Of a stretch of 64,000 bases of DNA, positions 9,812 to 19,481 are shown in pieces. The stretch's first letter is position 1, and each line of letters starts with the position of its first letter. The position numbers were made by a program, and so were the translations under genes. The notes below the pieces were generated by a model. The model was not told the DNA's origin. It was given only the letters and a program-made list of their open reading frames with translations, and made no database searches. The DNA comes from Vicinamibacteria bacterium (GTDB lineage Bacteria; Acidobacteriota; Vicinamibacteria; Marinacidobacterales; Marinacidobacteraceae): the NCBI GenBank assembly GCA_963668695.2, contig CAXXLQ010000004.1:448001-512000 (forward strand). Reading direction: 5' to 3'.

Positions 9812-10945
9812 TTACGGCTCGCCCTTCCAGTAGATGATGCCGCCGGCCTGTTTGCCGACGTCGATCTGGGAGACGCGCTGAGCAGCTCCGATGTCGTAGA
9901 CCTCCACGGTTCCCGGTTCGCCCCCGACCCCTTCCAGGGTCACGATGGCGTAGCGGTCGTCGTCGGACACCACCACCCCGTGGGGAATCCGCCGCGAGGT
10001 CTCGGGCGCGGCGATCAACTCGCCGCTGATGAGATCCCAGAAGCCGACCTTCTTGCCGGACTTGTAGGTGGCGATCAGCACCGAGCCGTCGGAGGTGATC
10101 GCGAGGTTGTAGGGGTTCTGGCCGGGGCCGGCGTCGAACCGGCGGGAGACCTTCCACTCTTCGAGGTCCACCTCGTAGATGGCGCTGTCGCCGTTCCCTG
10201 CCACGTACACCTTCCCGGCGGGGGAGGGGCTGGTGGCCCAGGTCGGCTTGACCACCGGCATCCGCATGCCGTCCATGTCGGACATGTCGCCCTGGTTCAT
10301 GCCAGCGTGTCCGGCATGCGGGTCGGTCCCGAGAGAGAGACGCCGGGAGATCTCGAAGCGCATCGTGTCCACTTCGACAAGCTCGTCGTCCATCATGTTC
10401 ACGGAGTAGAGCCGGTCGCCCTTCGCGTTCATCCGCGCTCCGTGCGGCATGACCCCGGTGTCGATGGTGGCCACTTCGATCATGGTCCCCGTCTCGACCA
10501 CCGAGATGGTGCCCGGGACCATGTCGCCATGGAGGTTGAAGTTGACGATGTAGAGCAGCCCGGTGCTCGGCGAGATGTCCATGGTCGCCGGGAACATCCC
10601 GAGAGTGGCGTCTCCGACCCATTCGTTGGTTCCGGTCTCGTACTTGTGCACCGCACCGAAGGGCATCCCGTGGGCGATGGACAAGAACCAGTAGCGCCCG
10701 TCGGGCGAGACGTTGATCCCGTGCGGACCCTCGGTTTCCGTCGGAAAGCTGCCGACCGCAATCTCGTCCATCTCCTCGAGCCCGCCGGGGCCGTAGCGGA
10801 GCAGATGCACGGTGTCATCCGACTCCGCGCACACATAGACGAAGTAGTTGCGCTTCGGCGGCTCCAGATCCTCGCCGGCGCTCAGGAGCGGCGCGAAGCC
10901 GAGAGCGAACAGCAGGAAGGAAGTCGCGAGGCGACGGGAAGACAT
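9812..10945 (-). CDS. Secreted YncE/YVTN-type beta-propeller protein with a His/Met-rich loop
   Basis: Signal peptide MSSRRLATSFLLF; GPHGINVSPDG and MPHG repeats; start overlaps the upstream stop (TGATG). Confidence 0.75.
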   Translation of the reverse strand: MSSRRLATSFLLFALGFAPLLSAGEDLEPPKRNYFVYVCAESDDTVHLLRYGPGGLEEMDEIAVGSFPTETEGPHGINVSPDGRYWFLSIAHGMPFGAVHKYETGTNEWVGDATLGMFPATMDISPSTGLLYIVNFNLHGDMVPGTISVVETGTMIEVATIDTGVMPHGARMNAKGDRLYSVNMMDDELVEVDTMRFEISRRLSLGTDPHAGHAGMNQGDMSDMDGMRMPVVKPTWATSPSPAGKVYVAGNGDSAIYEVDLEEWKVSRRFDAGPGQNPYNLAITSDGSVLIATYKSGKKVGFWDLISGELIAAPETSRRIPHGVVVSDDDRYAIVTLEGVGGEPGTVEVYDIGAAQRVSQIDVGKQAGGIIYWKGEP

Positions 10946-13017
10946 CAGTTGGGTTCTCCCATGTTGCGCGGAGTCTCCGGGTCGACGAGCTTTACCGCCC
11001 ACAGCCCCGAGTTGAAGTCGGTGAAGAAGATGGTGTCCTTGAAGGGCTGGGGACCCCAGGTGAAGGGAGCGTTTCGTTTGTAGCCGTCGGGATCGGTCGG
11101 CTCGAAGAAGGCGATCTCCCGGCCCTGCTGATACAGGTCGCCGCGCAGGTCGCCCGAAACGTCCACCACCCGGAGGCCACCGTTGTAGTAACCGACGTAG
11201 AGGACGTCGTCCTCCACCCAGAGGTTGTGGCTGCCGGCCTCGGGCACCTGGTAGCGGGCCACTTCCCGGCCTTCCCCACCGTTCTCATCCCACTCGGCGA
11301 TATGGATCCAGCCGGCGGCCCGGTCGGGAAGCTTCCCGTCGGGGTCGAAGCTCCAGGGGAAGCTTTCGTCCCCGGCGAACACCAGCAGCTTGCCGGTGGA
11401 CTCGCTCCGGTAGGGGAAGCCCGCGTGGTTCCAGCCGTTCGGGTACTTGAAGCTCCCCATCATCACCGGGTTGTTGGGGGCGCCGCCCTGGCCGCCGCCG
11501 CCGATGTCCACCGCGACCACTCCGTCGGTCCAGTTCGAGGACCAGGCGATGCCGTCCTGCACCCAGACGTCGTGGATGCCGTGACCCGGGGTGTCCATCT
11601 CGAAACGTCCGACCCGGTAGGGGTTCGTCGGATCCTCGGCGTTCAGGATGTCGTAGCGGCGCCCGGCGGAAAGCGCCAGGATGTGGTTCTCAGCCACGAA
11701 CACGTTGTGGACGCCCCCGCTCAACTGATCGTCGTAGCGCGCGATGATCTTCACCCCGTTCGTGGGGTTTTCGACATTGAGCACGACCAGCCCGTTCTTC
11801 CGGTTCGAGGCTCCCTCGCGGCTGAGGACCGCGAACTTCCCGTCGGGCGAGACCTTGACGTCGTTGACCGTGCGGGCGTCCACCCGCACGGTGTCCACCA
11901 GATGGATGCTGGACGGATCGGTCACGTCCCAGAAGTAGGCGTGCCCGTCGGCTCCCCAGGTTCCGGTGATCGCGTAATCCCGGCCGTCAACGCCTTCCCA
12001 GACCCACAGGTCCGAGGTGTGGCGGTCACGGACCGGCCCCCGGCCCACGACTTCCCAGTCCTTCTTCACGTTCCGGGCGGTGGCGCGGATCGTCTCCCGC
12101 GCGGTGAAGGATCCTCCGGAGACCACCACCGTGTGGAGCCCCGGACGCTCGGCCACGAAGGCGCCGTCCGGCTCCACGAAGGCGGCCGCACCCGGCGCCA
12201 CCAGGGTGTCGGGCGTGCGAGTGGAAACCGCGTACTGCAGGGGATAGTCCGGGACTTCGTTGCCGCTCGCGTCGAGGGCGCGGGCGCTGAACCAGACCAC
12301 GTCGCCGGTCCGCACTTCCCCTTCGCTCGCGGAGACGTCGAGACGAACCGCCGGGTTGGCGCTCACCGAGATCGCCGCCTCGCCGCTCACCGATTCGGCG
12401 CTCGCCGAGATCGTCGCGGAGCCTTCGCCCAGCAGCATGAGCACTCCGTGCTCGCTGACGGTCGCCACCGAAGCGTCGCTCGAGGACCACCCGAAGTCGG
12501 GCTTGCGCTCAGCGCCGGAAGTGTCCTGGGCGAGAGCGCTGACCCGGAGCGAAGTGCCGGCGTAGAGGCTTGCCGGGAGCGCCGCGATCTCGACGCTCGC
12601 GAGGGGCGGCCACGGCACCCGCACCGCGATCTCGACCATGAGCGCCGGCTCGGCGCGCCGGTCCATGGCGTCCGGGTCCGCCGGCACCATCGCGATGAGG
12701 GTCTGGTCCCCCGGCCGGTGGGCTTCCACCATCCCCGCGGGGTTCACTCCCACGAACCGCCGGGCGCGGGAGAAAAAGACGACGCCGCGCTCGAGCGTGT
12801 TTCCGTCGGCATCCTTGACGGTGGCGGTGAGCTGGGCGGTCTTCCCGACCTCAAGGGTCAGTTCCGGCGGATCCACAACGAGCTCCGCAGGGACGAGCTC
12901 CGCAGGTTCCTGCGCCGTGGCGGACCCGGCGAGCAAAACCCCGGCGCACATCAGCGCACCAAAGAACAAGAGCCGGTCAGAAAGCCTGCCGGCGGAGAAA
13001 CGAATCGTCTTTACCAT
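10945..13017 (-). CDS. Secreted Ig-like plus LVIVD-repeat protein, paralog 4 (most divergent)
   Basis: Same architecture; start MVKTIRFS at 13017. Confidence 0.8.
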   Translation of the reverse strand: MVKTIRFSAGRLSDRLLFFGALMCAGVLLAGSATAQEPAELVPAELVVDPPELTLEVGKTAQLTATVKDADGNTLERGVVFFSRARRFVGVNPAGMVEAHRPGDQTLIAMVPADPDAMDRRAEPALMVEIAVRVPWPPLASVEIAALPASLYAGTSLRVSALAQDTSGAERKPDFGWSSSDASVATVSEHGVLMLLGEGSATISASAESVSGEAAISVSANPAVRLDVSASEGEVRTGDVVWFSARALDASGNEVPDYPLQYAVSTRTPDTLVAPGAAAFVEPDGAFVAERPGLHTVVVSGGSFTARETIRATARNVKKDWEVVGRGPVRDRHTSDLWVWEGVDGRDYAITGTWGADGHAYFWDVTDPSSIHLVDTVRVDARTVNDVKVSPDGKFAVLSREGASNRKNGLVVLNVENPTNGVKIIARYDDQLSGGVHNVFVAENHILALSAGRRYDILNAEDPTNPYRVGRFEMDTPGHGIHDVWVQDGIAWSSNWTDGVVAVDIGGGGQGGAPNNPVMMGSFKYPNGWNHAGFPYRSESTGKLLVFAGDESFPWSFDPDGKLPDRAAGWIHIAEWDENGGEGREVARYQVPEAGSHNLWVEDDVLYVGYYNGGLRVVDVSGDLRGDLYQQGREIAFFEPTDPDGYKRNAPFTWGPQPFKDTIFFTDFNSGLWAVKLVDPETPRNMGEPN

Positions 13018-13094
13018 GGCCGTAGGGGATCCTCCTGCTGCTGCCCCGATGGGCAACAGGCGATTGTAGTCGCCTGCGCCGCGCGGCTCCCAAA

Positions 13095-13180
13095 ACCGGC
13101 ATGTTGAGGGGAGCGCCGAGCTCCGATCGGCGCCGCGTCCCGCAGGTGAGGGAACGCCGGCCTTCAGACCGGCACCGCCC
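13095..13180. repeat. REP-like hairpins without the 18-bp unit
   Basis: GGAGCGCCGAGCTCCGATCGGC and GGAACGCCGGCCTTCAGACCGGCA. Confidence 0.6.
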
Positions 13181-13306
13181 CCGCAGGGGGCGAAACTCCC
13201 ATCGCTGCTCCCCGCAGAACTACTGAACGGCGGAACCGACCCGGGTCTACGCGACCCTCGCTCCGCCCTCGACCCGCACATATGGCGGGGCGACCTGGTT
13301 ACCGCT

Positions 13307-15022
13307 TCAGACGCTGCCGGGCGGGGCGGCGGCATAGGCGTCTGCGATCAAGTTCAACTTCTCGCTGATTTCGGAATCGAGATCCGCGTCCGGGATGTAT
13401 AGGACCAACTCGTGGAATCTCCGCTTCGGCATCCGATCTGATTGCCCGAGTGACCGAAAGAACCGCTCGAACACCGGTTCGAGAAAGTCTTCGCTGGCCT
13501 TCGCGTCCTCCGGCGCGAGTCCGGGGCGCAAAACGGAGGCGGCTGTCCGAACCTCCAGAATTGCCTTCTTCATGGCTTCGTGACGGCGCTTTCGGGTGCT
13601 CTCGGTGAAGAGAGTCGGGGGTCCCGGAGGCGGTGCCTCGGCCCAAGCCAACAGGGTCTCCTCGGACGAGAGATAGTTTTCTATCTCCCGACGCCTCCAG
13701 GTAGTCGCGGGGACGCCGTGCATGTTAGGAAGCCCGTGTTCAAGGCGATCGAAGATCGCGCAAGCGCGAAGCTCCGGGTGCGCCTCTCGCAGGCCATAGT
13801 AATGCTCAAGGGCTTTGGTGGGGCGATTGCCGACGGCTCGGACAAAAGACTTGTCCAGAGCCTGCAACGCCCGCTGGTGATCTAGGCGTTTCGCGAAAGC
13901 TCGAAACACCGGAAGATCGGTGGTCCCCTCGACATACACGACGCAACCGGCCTGCCGCGCACGCTCGTAGTCGCCATACCCGATATCGCGGAGCGCCTTC
14001 ATCACCTGGCTTGTGTTTTCGATACGGTGCGGCGAACCCACAAAAGCCACGATTGCATCGCGTCCGGCTGCCTCCTGAAGCAGCACCTCCGAATGGCTCG
14101 CGGCGATGATCTGACTGCCGCTTCGCTCGGCGGTGCCGATCAACAGCTCGTAGATCCCACGCTGTCGAACGACCTCGAGATGAGCGTCCGGCTCGTCGAG
14201 AATCAGCACCGCTCCGGGATTGAGCGCCAAGTGGGCGAGCAGAAGGGTCGTCTGTTGCAGTCCGCGACCAGCGGAGGTGATATCGAATCGAACACCGCCT
14301 TCTCGGTAAGACATGGCGATCTCGCCCCGCTCGGGGAGATGGTGCGGCGGATCGAGGCGCGCACCAAAAGACTCTTCGATGTCGGTAACCAGGTGCGACC
14401 ACTCTTCCGGGCGTTCTTGATGGACAAGCAGACACAGATTGCGCAAGACCTCAGCGGTCCGGCCCTCTCCGAGTCGGACCTGGACCCCGCCGGGTTCGAG
14501 TCGCAGCTCGCTGGTTGCTAGCCCTGACATCGGCGGGAGATAGGCAAGCCGCACGGCGCCCACCGCCTCCGGGATGGGCATCCGACCCCCACCTTCCACC
14601 CGGAGAGGCCGGCAGTGGAAGGTCTCCTCGTTCGCAAAATCGAACTCCAGCCCGGCGGTCCAAGCCTTTCCACTGTCTCGGCCTTCGACCACGATCTCGA
14701 TGCGGATGTTCTCCGTGCGCTGCTTCCCGTCCACCCGACGAATGTTGCGGACTCTCAAGTTTCGCCAGAGGTGCTTCGCGTCCGGTGCCGGGGAGGTCAC
14801 CAGATCGCGGTGGCTGATCGCGACCCCGGGACGTTTCTCAGGCGCCCCCTTCCCCTGCCGCTTCTCCCGCCAGCGACGGATCCCTAGATCCCATAGCGCG
14901 AGGGCCTGCAAAGCGGTGGTCTTGCCCGAGTTGTTGGGTCCGATGAAGAGCACGGGACTGTCGAGATCAATGACGACCTCTTCGAACCGCTTGAAATTGC
15001 TTACGGTGAGGCGGGTGAGCAT
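13307..15022 (-). CDS. ABC/AAA ATPase with C-terminal TOPRIM-like domain (OLD-family-like)
   Basis: NFKRF start, Walker A GPNNSGKT, Walker B LILDEPDAHL, H-loop ASHS, VYVEGTTD TOPRIM-like motif. Confidence 0.75.
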   Translation of the reverse strand: MLTRLTVSNFKRFEEVVIDLDSPVLFIGPNNSGKTTALQALALWDLGIRRWREKRQGKGAPEKRPGVAISHRDLVTSPAPDAKHLWRNLRVRNIRRVDGKQRTENIRIEIVVEGRDSGKAWTAGLEFDFANEETFHCRPLRVEGGGRMPIPEAVGAVRLAYLPPMSGLATSELRLEPGGVQVRLGEGRTAEVLRNLCLLVHQERPEEWSHLVTDIEESFGARLDPPHHLPERGEIAMSYREGGVRFDITSAGRGLQQTTLLLAHLALNPGAVLILDEPDAHLEVVRQRGIYELLIGTAERSGSQIIAASHSEVLLQEAAGRDAIVAFVGSPHRIENTSQVMKALRDIGYGDYERARQAGCVVYVEGTTDLPVFRAFAKRLDHQRALQALDKSFVRAVGNRPTKALEHYYGLREAHPELRACAIFDRLEHGLPNMHGVPATTWRRREIENYLSSEETLLAWAEAPPPGPPTLFTESTRKRRHEAMKKAILEVRTAASVLRPGLAPEDAKASEDFLEPVFERFFRSLGQSDRMPKRRFHELVLYIPDADLDSEISEKLNLIADAYAAAPPGSV

Positions 15023-15349
15023 GGAGCGCGTCCGGGCGAGTTGGGATTATCGCCTCTGCTCCGGTTCCGCGGCGCGCCTATGCGGCGCCGGCCCCCCGGT
15101 AGCGCTTCCGGATTTCGGTGAGCCGGACAGAGCCCGAAGCGTCACCCGAAAGCCAATCAGGACAAGAGCCACGTCGCCGCCGCGGACCACTGAGTCGATG
15201 TGATTCGAGGTGTGAGGAAGCGAGGTCCACCAGTTGAACCAACTTCGCCAAGAGCCACTTCGATGTGCCCGCCAACACGTCGTCACGGGACCCGCTACGA
15301 GCCCGAAGCACCACATTTTCCGGTGCTGTCGCGCCTCCAGCTGGCATAA

Positions 15350-15547
15350 CAGCCTGTGGCAAAACCCACGCGGCGTTCGACCGGCGATGCATCCCGGCTG
15401 AACCGCGCCGCTTCGCGGCGCTCTGCGTTGCGTTTCGGTCGAAATACACCGGGTATTCCTCCCTCACGCGCCTTGTCAGCCGGGCGCCTCGCCCCCACCG
15501 GGAGAACTGGCCAGCCTCGGCGCTCACGTGGGTTTCACCACAGGCTG
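15350..15547. mobile_element. MITE family A, one inserted unit (198 bp), inverted orientation
   Basis: TIRs CAGCCTGTGG/CCACAGGCTG, flanks ATAA/TTAA, 18-mer at 15493. Confidence 0.85.
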
Positions 15548-15551
15548 TTAA

Positions 15552-15772
15552 CAGCCTGTGGTGAAACCCGGAAGGCATCCATTCGCGGCGCGCAGCGCCG
15601 CGGGGGTGGGGTGTGGGGAGGGGTTTCCCCTCCCCACGAAAGACGATGGTGCGAATCGCGCAGCGATTCGCACCATCAACCCGTGGGGAAAGCGCCCCGC
15701 ACGCACACAAACCGACGGATTCGCCGCGCGCGACCTCCTGGGGCTCGTGCGGGGTGCTTTCACCACGGGCTG
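15552..15772. mobile_element. MITE family B (same termini, different interior)
   Basis: TTAA-CAGCCTGTGGTGAAA...TTTCACCACGGGCTG-TTAA; internal hairpin GTGGGGAGGGG/CCCCTCCCCAC. Confidence 0.8.
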
Positions 15773-15822
15773 TTAACGGTGGGTTTTCTGCGGCTCGATG
15801 CCAGCACCATCAAAGTAGCCTC

Positions 15823-16875
15823 CTACCAGATATCCCCGACCGTGAAGCCCTCCGGGAAGGGATCCGATGGATCCACGGAGTACTGGGCGATCCCCGTGAT
15901 CCAGGCGGTCCCGCTGATCGTCGGGACCACTGCCGGGACCCCGCCAACCGTCGTGGTCCGGATCAGGCGCCCCACGAACTCGGTCCCCACCGGACCGAAG
16001 TGATGGAAATCCTCGCCGATCCCGAGCAGGCCCCGCGCATGGAGCGCCGCCATCCGGGCGGAAGTCCCCGTCCCGCAGGGAGAGCGGTCGAGCGCGCCGG
16101 TCCAGGTCTCGGGACGATTCCAGTCCAGCTCGCCCACGGCCACCGACACCGCGTTCGCGGCGGTCCGGGTTTCGGGATCGAAGGGCCCGGTGAGCTGCCC
16201 GATGCTCGCCTGACGGATCTCGGGGTTTTCCGGGTGGACCGCTTCGAGCTGTTCGCGCGCCGCCTGTTTCACCATCGCCCCGACCCGGGCCAGTTCCCGC
16301 CCGTGTTCCGGCGCGATGCGGAGCCCGAAGCGGGCGGCGTCGGCGATCGCGTAGAACATGCCCCCCCAACAGACGTCCACCTCGACCTCGCCGAAGGTCG
16401 GCACCTCGATCTTCGCTCCCAGATGGGCGGGGAAGGCGGGCACGTTCTCGAAAGTCACCCGGGTCACCTTGCCGCCCTCGACGCTTGCCTGCACCTGGAT
16501 GAGTCCCGCCGGGGTCTCCAGGGTGAGTTCGGTCACCGGCTCGACCGCGGGCACCATGCCGGTCTCGATGAGCGCGGTGACCGTGCAGATGGTGTTCGTC
16601 CCCGACATTGGCGGGTACTCGGTCTGCTCCATGATCACGAAGCCGGCGTCCGCATCGGGATGGGTGGGAGGCAGCACCAGGTTGCAGTTGGCCGCCGGAT
16701 AGCCCCGGGGCTCCCGGAGCATGAGTTTGCGGAGGCCGTCGGCGTGGCGCTCCAGGTACTGCATCTTCCGGAACATCGTCTCGCCGGGCACGTCGAGGAC
16801 ACCACCGACAATCACCCGGCCGGGCTCACCGGCGGCGTGCAGATCCACCGCCTGAATGAGTCGCTCTGAGCGCAT
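15823..16875 (-). CDS. Proline racemase superfamily protein (Ser/Cys type)
   Basis: DLHAAGEP, LMLREPRG, PMSGTNT, DRSPCGTGT. Confidence 0.9.
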   Translation of the reverse strand: MRSERLIQAVDLHAAGEPGRVIVGGVLDVPGETMFRKMQYLERHADGLRKLMLREPRGYPAANCNLVLPPTHPDADAGFVIMEQTEYPPMSGTNTICTVTALIETGMVPAVEPVTELTLETPAGLIQVQASVEGGKVTRVTFENVPAFPAHLGAKIEVPTFGEVEVDVCWGGMFYAIADAARFGLRIAPEHGRELARVGAMVKQAAREQLEAVHPENPEIRQASIGQLTGPFDPETRTAANAVSVAVGELDWNRPETWTGALDRSPCGTGTSARMAALHARGLLGIGEDFHHFGPVGTEFVGRLIRTTTVGGVPAVVPTISGTAWITGIAQYSVDPSDPFPEGFTVGDIW

Positions 16876-16887
16876 TTTCTTCTCCCT

Positions 16888-18582
16888 TTAGTCGCGAGGT
16901 GCGGGGGTTTCTTCGACGACCCGGAACACGCCCGCCCCGTCTACCGGCACCATCTGTTCGACCCCCGTTGGCCAGCGCACCCTAACCGAGTCGGGCACTC
17001 CGGGAGCAAGACCGATCCAGACTTCGCGCGCACCGGACGACAGGTAGCTCGAGCCGGCGGTGACCACGGCGCGCTGCGGCTTCCCGGCTCGCTCCACCAC
17101 CACCTCGGCGCCGACCCCGTCGCGGTTGGACACCCGTCCCACCAGCCGAAGCACGGCCCGCGGAGCCGGGTCCCCGCCGTTTTGGAGGAGCGCGGCGCGG
17201 CCGCCGGAGCGGGAGGCCGCGAGGTCGAGCAAGCCGTCCGCGTTGAAGTCCGCGGCCACCAGGCCCCGGCCCACCGCCGGCGGCAGCCCGAGCGCCACCG
17301 GTTCGAACGAACCGCCCAGGTTTCGAAAGCAGACGTCCCGCTGGCGGTATTCCGTTCCCGGGTAGAGAAGCGGCGCGTTGTCGAGGACGTGCCCGTTCGT
17401 GATGCAGAGGTCCGGCGCGGCGTCGTTGTCGAGGTCCGCGAACACGGCGCCGAAGCCCAGCCAGTCGAGCGACGGCCGCCCCACTCCGGAAAGAAAGGAA
17501 ACGTCGCGGAAGACGCCGTGCCGGTCGGCAACGTAGAGGTTGTTCGCCTCGCCCTGGAAGTTCGTGACAAACAGATCGAGGTCCCCGTCGGATTCGATGT
17601 CCGCCGCCGCGATCCCCATCCCGGCGAGGGCATTCCCGTCTCCGTCGTAGGCGAGGCCGGACGACAGGCCCCGTTCCCGGAAACGGAGTCCGCCCAGGTT
17701 TTCGAAGAGGAAGTTGGGGACCGTGTCGTTCGCCACGTAGAGGTCGGGAAGCGGATCCCCGATCAGGTCGGCGGCGAGGACGCCGAGTCCCTTGCCAGTC
17801 AGGAGCCCCACTCCGGCAGCTTCGGAAACGTCGCGGAACGAGCCGTCGCCGCGGTTTTCGTAGAGCAGATCCGGCACCCCGGAGAAGGCGTCGGGGAGGC
17901 AATAGGACCGGACCCGCTCGCCGGACACCATCCGCGCGCATTCCGGGTTGCTCGCCGGGGACCAGGCGAGGTAGTGCGTCACGAAGAGATCGAGGTCACC
18001 GTCCCCGTCGAGATCGGAAAAAGCAGCGCTCGCGCTCCAACCCGCCGCCCTGAGCCCGGCGCCCTGGATCCCGAAAGTCCCGTCTCCCCGATTCTCGTAG
18101 AGAAGATCCGTTCCCACCCGCGTCACCAGCAGGTCGGCGTCCCCGTCGTTGTCGTAATCGGCGGCCACCGCACCCATACCGAAACCCTCGGCGGGGGCCG
18201 GTATCCCGAACCCGGCGGGTTCGCTTACATCTCGAAAACGTCCGTTTCCTTCATTGCGGTACAGCGCGCCCACCGGCCCCGGCGGAGCGCCCGTCCCCGG
18301 CACTTCCCCGCCCTGCACGAAGAAGAGGTCGGGCGCACCGTCGCCGTCGTAATCGAGCACCGCCAGGCCGGAGCCCATCGTCTCTACCGGATGCCAGTCG
18401 CCCCGCGCGCCCCGATAGTGCTGGAAGGAGAGACCGGCCTCCGTTGCCACGTCCCGCAGCACGATCTGCGTGGATGCGGGCTCGGTCTGGATGAACGCGA
18501 GGAGAAGCGTTGCCACGCCCGCCAAGCGACCCCGGCCCACTAAGACGCGGAGGCCGACAGCGATACGCGGCGGAAAGGTCAT
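16888..18582 (-). CDS. CRTAC1-family FG-GAP repeat protein with ASPIC/UnbV domain
   Basis: DYDGDG/DLDGDGDLD repeats, SNRDGVGA, GSSYLS, VRWPTG. Confidence 0.85.
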   Translation of the reverse strand: MTFPPRIAVGLRVLVGRGRLAGVATLLLAFIQTEPASTQIVLRDVATEAGLSFQHYRGARGDWHPVETMGSGLAVLDYDGDGAPDLFFVQGGEVPGTGAPPGPVGALYRNEGNGRFRDVSEPAGFGIPAPAEGFGMGAVAADYDNDGDADLLVTRVGTDLLYENRGDGTFGIQGAGLRAAGWSASAAFSDLDGDGDLDLFVTHYLAWSPASNPECARMVSGERVRSYCLPDAFSGVPDLLYENRGDGSFRDVSEAAGVGLLTGKGLGVLAADLIGDPLPDLYVANDTVPNFLFENLGGLRFRERGLSSGLAYDGDGNALAGMGIAAADIESDGDLDLFVTNFQGEANNLYVADRHGVFRDVSFLSGVGRPSLDWLGFGAVFADLDNDAAPDLCITNGHVLDNAPLLYPGTEYRQRDVCFRNLGGSFEPVALGLPPAVGRGLVAADFNADGLLDLAASRSGGRAALLQNGGDPAPRAVLRLVGRVSNRDGVGAEVVVERAGKPQRAVVTAGSSYLSSGAREVWIGLAPGVPDSVRVRWPTGVEQMVPVDGAGVFRVVEETPAPRD

Positions 18583-18593
18583 TTCGGCAGGCG

Positions 18594-18839
18594 CTATTCC
18601 GAGAAGAAGCCCTTGCGGAGATCGGCAGCCGGCACGAAACGCGTTGCTTGTCGGTAGTTCGCACGCAAGGTTCCGGAGGCGATTTCCGGGTGCAAAGGCA
18701 CGGTCAGCACCTGCCGCTCGCCCGAGCTGGGCACCCTGATGAGTTTTGCGTGGCTGCCGCGGATTTGTGCGATCACGAATCCGAAGTCACTCAGGATCTT
18801 CAGCACCTCTCGCGAGGTGAGGCGCCGAAGGCGGGGCAT
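18594..18839 (-). CDS. hicA: HicA-family toxin
   Basis: GF...RGSH...TVPLH...GTL pattern, 81 aa. Confidence 0.85.
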   Translation of the reverse strand: MPRLRRLTSREVLKILSDFGFVIAQIRGSHAKLIRVPSSGERQVLTVPLHPEIASGTLRANYRQATRFVPAADLRKGFFSE

Positions 18840-19420
18840 CAGGCCGCGAAGGCCGTTGTCTCATAGCTCACGAGAAGGCGTGGAGCGGCGGAGAGTCCCA
18901 AGCGCGCCATTTCGCCCTCGTCAAGATGAAGCGCAAGCGCCTCCCGAAGGTTGGCGAGGGTTTCATCGAGCGTCCGGCCCTGGGTGACCACCGCCGCTTC
19001 GAGGCATTCGACAACGAACCACGCATCGCTCTTGGAGATCACGGCGTGAATGGCGGACCGCTCAGCGCTGCCGGTTGGGTCGTAAACGATTCCCGCTTCG
19101 GCAACCTGATCGGCCGCCCCAAGCTCTTCGCCACTACGGGACTCGCGTTGGTCCTGACGGAACCCGGGCTCAATCCGGTAGATGCCCCTTCGCAAACGGA
19201 GGAAATAGGGCCATCGGTGAGCATGGTGCCGGGGAGCGTTCACACAGCACCGGCTCGCAACGTGCGTCCGGACGGACCGTTCGTTCAGGTAGGGCAGGGC
19301 GCGCACCACATCGCCGAGCCGGAAAGTCCAGTCTCCGGAACCACTAATGCGCCGTGCCGCGGACAGAACCTCGGCATGGATCGCCTGGCTCTGATGGTCT
19401 CCCGGAATGCTCTGCGTCAC
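18839..19420 (-). CDS. hicB: HicB-family antitoxin domain fused to an N-terminal winged-helix-like domain
   Basis: C-terminal VTQGRTLDETLANLREALALHL; adjacent to hicA. Confidence 0.75.
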   Translation of the reverse strand: MTQSIPGDHQSQAIHAEVLSAARRISGSGDWTFRLGDVVRALPYLNERSVRTHVASRCCVNAPRHHAHRWPYFLRLRRGIYRIEPGFRQDQRESRSGEELGAADQVAEAGIVYDPTGSAERSAIHAVISKSDAWFVVECLEAAVVTQGRTLDETLANLREALALHLDEGEMARLGLSAAPRLLVSYETTAFAA

Positions 19421-19481
19421 TACAGCCCTTATTTTACAAGTTGTAAATAATAAGTTTCAAGTATTCCCGTCACGGTCCCGA

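Noticed and set aside
1983-13017. Diversity-generating retroelement acting on the LVIVD paralogs
   Set aside because: No reverse transcriptase, and the differences between copies are not adenine-specific.
15078-16003. Small ORFs containing RSKYTGYSSL, FGRNTPGIPP or PHRENW peptides, here and at other MITEs
   Set aside because: Translations of MITE sequence, not independent genes, except where they are fused in frame to murD and the DUF1573 gene.
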